Part shown: piece after piece, positions 10,301-19,331 of the stretch
Position numbering within the stretch: the first letter of the stretch is position 1
Layout of the letters: each line of letters starts with the position of its first letter
NCBI RefSeq assembly: GCF_000315625.1
Contig: NW_005434558.1
Coordinates: 122,262 to 186,261 of the forward strand
Direction: 5' to 3'
Length of the DNA: 64,000 nucleotides
From: Guillardia theta CCMP2712
Lineage: Eukaryota > Protista > Cryptophyta
Made by a program: the position numbers and the translations under genes
Notes under the pieces: model-generated
What the model was told of the DNA's origin: nothing
The model's input: only the letters and a program-made list of their open reading frames with translations
Database searches by the model: none

Positions 10301-13300
10301 GATCGGGGACGGCTGGGGCCATGGGGACTGACGAGGACAGCCTGTAAGTAGGGAGGAGGGAGGAGGGAGGAGGGAGGAGGGAGGAGGGAGGAGGATAGCG
10401 TGCTGACGGAGGATGTTTGCTTCTTGGATCGGGGACGCGGGGGCTTACGTGGACAGTGGGTGAGTGCGGAGCAGAGAGAGGGGGAGAGAGGAAGGATGGC
10501 GAGCTGACTGAGGACGTTTGAAACTTGGATCGGGGACTGGCGCTTGTGGTTTGGACACGGAACATGGGGCTATGAGGACAGCTTGTGAGTATAGAGGGGA
10601 GAGGATGTAGGAGGGCAGGGGCTGACGATGGTGTTTGCAACTTGGATCGGGGGCGGTCGCACGGCAATGTTGGGGGCCGCTTGAGGATAGCTTGTGAGTA
10701 TTGAGGAGAGAAGAAGGGAGCGAGGAGGGAAGGGACTGACAGAGGGTGTTTGCATCATGGATCTGGGCCGACTTGTCATGGGGCTAACGGTGGTAGCTCG
10801 TAAGTGTGAGCACGATTCAAGGAAGAAAGGGGCTGACGACGTATGTTTGCGACTTGTATCGGGGATGGGCGCGTCGGGGGACATGGGACTGACAGGGACA
10901 GCTTGTAAGTAACGAGGAGGGAGAAAGGGAGTCAGGAGAGTGCAAGCTGACAATGGATGTTTACACACTTTGATTGTGGACGAATCGATGATGGGTTGGA
11001 TGTTTCGAATACGAGGACAGCTGGTACGTAAGGAGGAGAGGAGAAAGGAGAGAGAAGGAATGGCGCTTATTTTGGCGTTTCCAACTTGGGTCGGGGACTG
11101 ACGCGTGGGCGGGGGACATTGGATGATAACATGGACAGTTGGTAAGTAAAGGAGAGGCGAGGAGACGAGACGAGACGAGACGAGACGAGACGAGACGAGA
11201 GGAGAGGAGAGGATAATGTAGGCTGACCATGACTGTTGGATTTTGGATCGGGAACGACTGGATCACGGGCTGGGAATGGGCTACGAGAATAGCTGGTATG
11301 CAAGGAGGAGAGAGATGGAATAAGCTAAGCTAGCGGGAGCTGACGGAGGGTTCGCAATTTGCACGATCGGAACTATGGGGACGGGGACAATGCTTGATGG
11401 CGCGGACAGCTGGTGAGTAAAGGAGAGAGTAGAGAGGAAAGAAGAAGAGAGGATTTCTAATGATTTGATATTTACATCTTGGATCGGGAAATGCCGGCGT
11501 TGCGGGGAACTTGGGGTTTACGAGGATAGCCCAATGTAAGTATCGAGAAAGGAAAGTGGGAGAGGCAACGATAGGTTGACTGTTGGTGTTGCCAATTTGA
11601 TTCGGGGCGGCTGGGGTGATGGAAACATGGACCGACATGGTTAGCTGGTATGTGATGAGGGGAGAGGGCGGAGAAAGAGAAGGATAGGAGCTTACATGAA
11701 ATCTTCATAACTCGGCTTGGGATGGCACTTGGGTCGATAAATTTGCATTGGGCTGACGAGGACAGCGGGTAAGTGGCGAGGAGAGAAGAGGCCTCAGATG
11801 GAAGGAAATTGACTGAGGGTTTTTGTTCAAATGGTACGGAATCTTCGCAGTGCTGTGTAAGTTGTTCGTGTCTTGATATTCTGTCACTGTGATATTGATT
11901 TTTTGGGGGTTCGCTACCATGATGACAGCAAGTAAGTTCGTCGGCTGATCTTTGGCTATTCGTCTCCTTAGATTGCCTTTCAGTGCTCCAAGTGGAATTG
12001 GTTGCCGTTACAACTCCAGGTCTGTTGCCATACCGGTCTGCTCTATCAGCTGATGGATCCTGTTGGTAGCGAGGGTGCGACCAGTGTGAAGAACGGCAAA
12101 GTCAACAAATACCAAGGGCGAGGCAGGGAGTCGAGATTCGAAGCCAGCAGGGAACAAGTCAGAGCCAGAATGCAGCTGGTAAAAAATTGGATTGGAGAGA
12201 GAAAAAACTGTTGGAAGACAGGCAGAAATCAATCGACAGGGAAAGGGAGCATAAAAGGATAAACCAGGAAGAGGAAAGGCGGCGGCGGCAGCAACAGCCT
12301 TGGAAGCAGCAGCCGCCACAACGGCAGCCGCCGCCGCCGCCGCAAACACCGCCGCCGCCAACACCGCCAACACCGCCAATACCGCCGCTACAACAGCAGC
12401 AGGAGCAGCTGTGGTTGCAGCGGCTACTTAGTCAGCTGGTGCCGGAGCCGAGATTGGACGAGCGAAGGGATCACAACAACGTCATGCAGCAGGTCATCAC
12501 TAACATCTCTAGAGCCTCGAAGTATCTTGACATTCCTTGTTTCAGCCCGATGCCATTCCATGGGTAGACTTTCGAGTCTTCAACATTGTGAAGTATTTCA
12601 ACTCTGGTTCTTTCAAGACTGTGTTCCATGGTCAATGGAAGAAGTCTTGTGGATACACTGATGTTGCCATCCTTCAAATCAGAAACAGTAGAGCTGCTGG
12701 AAGAAGAGAGGAGTTCGAGCGGGAGGTGCAGACATTCAAGACTCTGGGCCTTCATTCCAACCTCCTTCGACTCCTCGCCATCACCACCGAGCCGAAATCT
12801 GGTGACTTCTGCATGGTAACAGAGTTTGCTTCCATGGGTTCGTTGGACACACATTTGTCGGAACTTGCCGAAAGGAAGACGACGATCAGTCCGTTGGTGC
12901 AGCTGCAAGTGGCCATGCAGATTTGTGAAGGGATGGTACAGCTTGCCCTGTATGAGGTGGTGCATCGAGACCTCGCAGCAAGGAACGTGCTTGTCTTCAG
13001 TCTAGTCCCGCAGGATCACCTCAGGGTGAACGTCAAGATAGCCGACTATGGGCTGTCGATCATGGCCTCCCGCGGGTATGGAGAAGGAGCTGGGGGCGTG
13101 AGCACGGCAGGATCGACAATTCGACCAGTCCGATGGTTGGCACCAGAATGTATTCAGCGACGACGTTACTCGGAGAAGAGCGATGTGTGGGCGTTCGGCG
13201 TTACCCTATGGGAGGTGTGGACATACGCTAAAGTTCCGTTCTACAACACTTCAGATGAAGAAGTGGAACAGAAGGTGCTCACGGGCTCGCGACTTTCTCA

Positions 13301-13664
13301 GCCCCAGTCATGCCCTGATCAAGTATACAGCATCATGCAGGAATGCTGGAAGGAGAAGCAGTCAGACCGGCCAGAATTCAAAGATTTGAAGTTGAAGCTA
13401 CAAGGGCAATATGATGAAGCCCTTAGAAGTCAAGCAATAGAGAGCGTCATGAAAGATAGCAACAGATGCAAGAGACCGCGAGAGGACGACGGAGCTGGAG
13501 AAGACGACGACAACATGTGCGTCATCTGCAATGAAAGAGAGCGCAGGTGGGCCTTCCTGCCCTGCGGTCACAGGTGCCTCTGCGATCTGTGCAATACCGC
13601 AGCGGCTACGAGGCTTTGTCCCATGTGTCGCGCGCCCCCTAGCAGCATGCACAGGATCTACTGA
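7399..13664 (+). CDS. proposed full gene model: micro-exon-encoded N-terminus + Q/P-rich linker + TK-like kinase + RING (44 exons, ~592 aa)
   Basis: Exons 7399-7425 (GC donor), 7499-7537, the 39 micro-exons, 11972-12019, 12070-12492 and 12546-13664 are all multiples of 3 and join without a stop. The linkage of the array to the kinase is inferred. Confidence 0.45.
7615..11931 (+). repeat. tandem array of 39 intron + micro-exon units (37 x 3 nt, 2 x 6 nt exons)
   Basis: Each unit ends (C/T/A)AG-NNN-GT with a GTRAGT-like donor. Exon starts: 7615, 7726, 7831, 7942, 8058, 8164, 8278, 8402, 8505, 8602, 8700, 8841, 8952, 9067, 9175, 9288, 9401, 9501, 9609, 9720, 9855, 9965, 10109, 10220, 10341, 10457, 10582, 10691, 10797, 10902, 11021, 11139, 11293, 11410, 11530 (6 nt), 11645, 11766, 11851 (6 nt), 11929. 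Confidence 0.85.
12546..13664 (+). CDS. tyrosine-kinase-like protein kinase domain + C-terminal C3HC4 RING finger (last exon)
   Basis: HRDLAARN, KIADYG, PVRWLAPE, SDVWAFGVTLWE, then CVIC...FLPCGHRCLCDLC...CPMCR. Confidence 0.92.
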   Translation, partial: PDAIPWVDFRVFNIVKYFNSGSFKTVFHGQWKKSCGYTDVAILQIRNSRAAGRREEFEREVQTFKTLGLHSNLLRLLAITTEPKSGDFCMVTEFASMGSLDTHLSELAERKTTISPLVQLQVAMQICEGMVQLALYEVVHRDLAARNVLVFSLVPQDHLRVNVKIADYGLSIMASRGYGEGAGGVSTAGSTIRPVRWLAPECIQRRRYSEKSDVWAFGVTLWEVWTYAKVPFYNTSDEEVEQKVLTGSRLSQPQSCPDQVYSIMQECWKEKQSDRPEFKDLKLKLQGQYDEALRSQAIESVMKDSNRCKRPREDDGAGEDDDNMCVICNERERRWAFLPCGHRCLCDLCNTAAATRLCPMCRAPPSSMHRIY

Positions 13665-14440
13665 AGATATCGAATTTGTTGTCAAGCTCTCAACGTGAAG
13701 CAGCGAATTCACGGCAGGAAATGTTTTTTGGTATCCAACAAGCACGAGCAACAAGACGAGCATGAGCAGCAAGAATATTCTTAAATCACAAGCAATAAGG
13801 ATGATAGTGCTTAGTCTAGTTCTTCCACATCGCTGTTTTGTTGTCGTTTCCTCCCGCTGTTTGTAGTTGTACAAGCTGAATCGAGGACGATACCAGAATT
13901 ACCTCAAACCAGCTAAAACTTGCAGCCTATCAGTACGAGTCGATTGAAAGTGCCAGTCAAGTAAGCTATTGAGGCCCAGTAGTAGGCCGACTACCCCGCA
14001 AACTCCCACAGTGACGCTACTAGGCTAGGCCGCTCAGAAGCTCTCTTGTCCTCGGACTCGCCGGCCAGCCAGTGATGGGTCAGTCACTGTCGCCGGGCCC
14101 GACCGGGCCCGGTGCGGCCAGGCCTCAGTACCGTCGGAGGGAGATCCGTCCCTGCCATATTCCCCAGGCAGTAAAGAGAAAAGATAAGATGTAAACGGCT
14201 GTAAAGTCGGCTATGCTGTGATGATGCCTGCAGCGATCAAGCCTGAGTAATGTACCAACTGCGAGGCTGAGATAACAGAGAAGGAGATGAAGTGAGAAAA
14301 CAAGTTGACACTGTCAACTCACCATGGCAGTGAGAGTAGCGGAAAGGAAAAATTACGAGCAAGATGCATTATAAACAGCGATGATATGAAATACTGCATA
14401 ATGTGGAAAAATAGGCCAAAACAAATCATCATCCATACAT

Positions 14441-16149
14441 GACCTGTCGGCTGCTCTGCGCCGGAGCATGACGACGCTGTACGGGAGGCATCTGTCAGGT
14501 ATGGCGATAGGCTTGAGGGTGGTTGGGGATCCGGGCGGCTGACAGAGGAGCAGAGGACGGGACCCAGCTCGACTACGGGGGGATGGCGGCGAGCGAAGAG
14601 TACGCGGGGTACAAGGCGCTGGCAGAAGGGCTGAGGGAGGTAGACACAAGGAGCATGGGAGAAGAGGAGCGGGTAGCCTTCTTCATCAACGTGTACAACT
14701 GCCTTGTGATCGACGCGATCATCTCTCTCGGGAAGCCCAAGGACCTGCTGTCGCGGCTGAGGATGTACGCGGAAGCCGCTTACAATATCGGGGGGGCGAC
14801 CTTCTCCCTCAACGACATCGAGAACGGGGTGCTGAGAGGGAACCAGGTGATCGCCCATGCTGCATGCTTGGTGTACCGTGGTGCTGGAGGCGGCTGGGGG
14901 CTTGTGAGTCAGGGCGTCGTTGCGGGCTTGGTGTGGGAGTTGGTGTGGGAGAGGTCTAAGTCGTGCGCTCCTACCAGAGTCCGCCGACCATCAACCCCTT
15001 CGCTCAGGTGGGGCAGGGCAGTGGGGGAGGAAAGCGCGAGGCTGACTGGGAGGATGCAGAAGCCTTTCGGGGAGGGAGACGCCCGTGCGGGCATTGCGTG
15101 CAAGAAGCCAGGTAGAGAGAGTGCGAGGAGGGTCGAGGAGGGGGTACTAGGGGTACACGGAGGGAGCAAGAGGCAGGCAAAGAGGAGGGGTGGGGTGGTA
15201 GTGTCGGGGGCATGGCTGCTTTGGGAGAGGAGGTGATGGCTGTCACAACAGACCCCCGGATCCACTTCGCGCTCAACTGCGGGGCTAGAGGATGCCCGCC
15301 GATCAGGTTCTACCGAGGCGAAGAGCTGGACGCGATGCTGGACAAGGCGGCGAGGTCTTTCTGCAGGTCGATAGAGGTGAGCCGGGCTCCATGGCGAGGC
15401 AGGGGAGACGAGACTGGGAGGAGGCCTGAGGGGGAGCGGGAGAGGTGGAGATCAGGGAAGCGAGGGGTGATGACAGCTGACTGGGGGGATGCGATGGCAG
15501 GTGGACCAAGACAAGGGAGTGGTGTACATGTCTCAGATATTCGAATGGTGCCTCGAGCCTGTCTGGGACTGGTACCAACTCGTTGCTTGGCAGGTATGAG
15601 AACGACTTCCAGTCAGACTCGACCGACAAGCCTCTCGTCTCAGCTATGAGCTGCAACGATGAACTAGACAAGAAAGCTTCTTGTGTCTGCGCGTGTGGAT
15701 GTTTGGTTTCACGCCGCAAACGACCTCCTATCTCCACCTTGAGGTGTTTCTTGATACCAGCTGCCTGGCCTGGAAGCGCAAGCTGACGGCATCTGCTCTA
15801 CTGTGACCGCTTAGGTTTGTGAAGAAGTACCTGGACGAGGATAAGAAGGATGCTCTCTCTCGCTTCCTCGAGTCTGGCAAGGTGGAGGATCCGAGTTTAT
15901 GCTCGTCTTCTCAGTTAGTGGTAGCCTCAGGATACCGTGACTAGTCCAATGCTGCTGCAGTGCCGCTGTGTGGCTCACGAAAGCTTCATCCCGGCCAGTG
16001 ACTCACAGTCAGCGAGACTTGACGAGGCTTGTCGGCCGCTAGTCCTCATCGCCTGACTTGATGTTTGAGTTTCCAGCACAGTACTGACTTCTTGGCAGGA
16101 GCTCGAAGTTCGCTATCAACAGTATGACTGGGGTCTTAACTCATCTTGA
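14441..16149 (+). CDS. DUF547-domain protein, copy 2 (5'-truncated relative to copy 1; possible pseudogene)
   Basis: 14441-~15888 is nearly identical, introns included, to 4054-~5408. It has its own last exon 16099-16149 ELEVRYQQYDWGLNSS*. First in-frame ATG at 14468. Confidence 0.75.
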
Positions 16150-16334
16150 TCCGAGACTGAGGGCGGCAGGGGCACATTCAAAGCCTGAATCATGATATTA
16201 TTGAAGTAGTCTGACACTAGTTAGGCTGTTATGAATATTATTGAAATCAGTGCCTTAAATCCTGCAAAGTTAAGTGAAAATCAGAAGGTAGTGCCGAGTT
16301 GTCTTTATTGGGGTATGGGGGGGCAGGGAAGTTT

Positions 16335-18813
16335 ATGGCAGTGAAGAAGGCGAGTGGCGATGGCAGCGGTCGGCGAGCAACCGGCGATAAGAAGGAAAGA
16401 ATGTCGACAATGAGGAGACGAACCCAATCACTGATAGAGCACACGATGAGTTGCTCTTAGTCTTGGACAGCAGTTCGATTGATGTCCGGCCCTCAACAGG
16501 CGGCCCTATGAGTACAGCGAAGCGACTCTGCCTCTTGATCACTTGTGAACAATCAACCTTGCCTCCTGGTGCAAAACCAAGACAGCGAAATGATGACATG
16601 GAAAACTAAATCGAGTCGTCAAGAGCTCTGGAATGCTGAGCTGCATCGTTGCAAAATAGACGTGTTGTTGTTTGGCTGACCGGTTGGCGATGGGCTAGGG
16701 GAGGGAAGGTCACAAGAAATCTAGTTCGATGTTTGAGCTTTAGACGATACCATTGACAGACTACAAGACGATCCCTCAACGATTCTACAGATTGGCGACC
16801 TCGCAAACGATTCGAATCTGTGACTTTCTGTGATTTTGTGGATATCAAAGGTGTCAAAGCGATGGAAGTTCAACACCAGCTGCATGGAGTTTCGCAGCGC
16901 CTCTATGTTCTGCCCATGTCGTCGATCCCTCGAACAGCAGACGATTTCAGATCTGAAAGAACGCCTCGTCCTACCTTGCCAAGAATCAGCACAAGCGATA
17001 CGGCAATGAGTTCCATGTTCAGAAACCACGAGGCAAAACTTAGAAGAAGATTCAGTGACAAGGAGTTTTTGATCCACGGAAATGCAATCTTGTCTCAGAA
17101 TGCAACATCGCAGAAGCCGAGGAAAGTCAAGCCTGTGGAGATCGAATCTACTTGGAGTCAGCAAGTCAAATTTATCAACGAGAGAAGATCCAGGTTTGTG
17201 GAGAAAAAGCAGCCAGGTGTTTCAGAAAATATGACAGAATAAGATTTAACAAATGAGTGTCTTTTTGTTCTTAGATGTTGCTGATGAATACGGAAATGCT
17301 TCAAGACAGATCAATGTATTTTCAATCCTTAACAAATCCGCCTTCTTCTTGATTACTTGACTCAAACTAGATCATTCTGAATGGAAAGCTATATGATGGA
17401 GCAGGGGACGTTCTGAGAACAAGGTCGGAAGTTATAACATATTTGTTCTCTAGACGTGGTCACGATTTCGTTTTATTCAGAAAACTACAGCAGATTTCAC
17501 CAGGGAAGAGCAAGCGATTATTCTCCATCACTCGTTCCAATGGCAAGAAAACAGGGGAGATGCAAGTTGCAGGGGTATCGTGCAAGCTTCCTGAGGTGAG
17601 AAAATGCATGCTACATGTTCCGGTCGATGACAAGTGTCATTACAGCACAGAGTTGAGCACACGTTTGTAACGAGCGAGGAATCTTTCAAGGCACTGAAGA
17701 GCTACATCCCCACCCTCGAAGACATAGTGAACAAGGAGCTAGACGACATGAGACTCGAAACTCGAGTGACCGGAAACTCCTCGCTTGTTCGCCAGATGAA
17801 AACTCAGGCGCTCAAGTTTAGAAGGTGAGAGTCGATCACGAGAGCTGTCTGTTGGCGTGAGGCAACAAAACAGGTTCTTGGAAAGCGTGATTACATCTTC
17901 CGAGAGACTAGGAGAGGTGGCATTCCGTGAATGCTGGTTTGCGGAGCATGTGTCTGCAAAGACAAGGAGAAAGATTCTGAGCGATACGTGGAGCACGTTG
18001 ACATCCAACGACTTTCGGATCGCAGAAGACTTCTTCCGAATGTTCGTTCCAGACCTTGCGGAGCTGAGCACTAAGTGAGGGGAGGCGAAGCTGCCGGGGC
18101 CGCCTGATTCGGTGACTGGCCCTGCCGCAGGGCTGAGGATGACGATGAGGAAAGCGGTGAACTGCTCGTCAAGATGTTCGAGACCTTGACAGGAAGGTAA
18201 CTTGATCCTCCAGTCTCCTCCTGTGTTTATCCTGTGTTTGTTCAAATTTGCTGTTCAAGGCCGTTGCAAGCCCTGGAGGACGACGATGCGATTGTATCTC
18301 AACACCCGGAGACTGCGAACAGATATGAGAGACTGAAAGAGCTCGACTCCGAGCTTGCTCAGGTCAGTGAAGGGCGCGAGTGCTGTGATTGAGCTCACAT
18401 CCCCGTGACTGGATTCCAGACATGTCTCCTGTGCCGAGCGATGATTGTTCCTCATTTCTTCTTGATCCTCTTGTCGTCTCATGGCAAGCAAATCTCAGTC
18501 TCCGTCAACTGCCCACAGGTAACACGAACGCCTCTCCGCCAGGGCGATCAGACGCCTTGCCTGAAGAGTTTTGTGAACAGAGCGAGCACCAGAAGCTTTG
18601 GGTCAAGACTTGCTTGTTGATCAAAGTTCAGGTGCGGCATCACGTGTTGTGTGCATGTTTGCATGTTTGCATGTTTGCATGTGCTGCTGATGATGTTGGA
18701 GTCTCGATTCGACATGAAACTCGATGTCGTTGACTTGCGATGCTCCAGCAAGTGCTCGAGTCCTTGCTCAACTGTCTTCCCCGTCGCATCGTCAACTCGT
18801 CTTGTCCTGTAGT
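16335..18813 (+). CDS. multi-exon hypothetical protein, possible globin-like segment
   Basis: Several coding-like exons separated by GT-AG introns. RRKILSDTWSTLTSNDFRIAEDFFRMFVP resembles globin helices A-B. Boundaries are approximate. Confidence 0.4.
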
Positions 18814-19331
18814 CCCATGTGGGATCCCTAGAACGGCGATCGGCTGACCCGACCCAGAAGTGTTACGGGGAGGCAGCGAATATAAAGTAAATTTAAAGTT
18901 AATAAATGCCGTTTGTGTCTTCCACCTCGGATCTATCTTTTATCTGAGGCGGGTTTCTCAAAGTGATCGCATTGAAGTTTCATCACCCCTGTCAAGATGA
19001 CCCTACCTGGGCTGTAGCACTATTGCAAGCCTTCTCCAAACACCGGTACTCTTACCACCCCTACCCCTGCAAGAGTATATGCTCCCTCTCGTGGCCGCCG
19101 CGACATAGCATTCAACCCGCCTCTCCTCCTCCTCCTCCTCCTCCTCCCCTTCCCACGTCAGACATCTCGTCCCTTCTTCTCTCCTCCTCCTCCTGATCAA
19201 CCCATCTATCTGCAGTGCCCATCTCGCTCCTGGGTGCAGGGGAGATCAAGCCACCCGAAGCAACGGTTGTGACGCTCGCCTGAAACCCGCAAGCAGCAGC
19301 CACAGGCACTTCATCCTCATCTTCTCTTAGG

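Noticed and set aside
7780-11770. Array as a CRISPR locus or as decayed one-repeat-per-exon LRR gene
   Set aside because: Eukaryotic context, degenerate repeats and no cas genes argue against CRISPR. The would-be LRR exons lack an AG acceptor (CAA in most units), vary in length and give no LRR consensus, whereas AG-NNN-GT is invariant.
7793-11920. Many minus-strand P/S/L-rich ORFs over the array
   Set aside because: They are antisense read-throughs of GA-rich intron repeats; all splice signals are on the plus strand.
7615-11931. Recursive-splicing ratchet points
   Set aside because: Ratchet points are zero-length AG|GT junctions; here AG and GT are consistently 3 or 6 nt apart.
12263-12431. 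Ala/Thr-rich antifreeze-like peptide in an alternative frame (AAAATTAAAAAANTAAANT)
   Set aside because: It is bounded by stops with no ATG; the Q/P-rich frame is the one continuous with the kinase.
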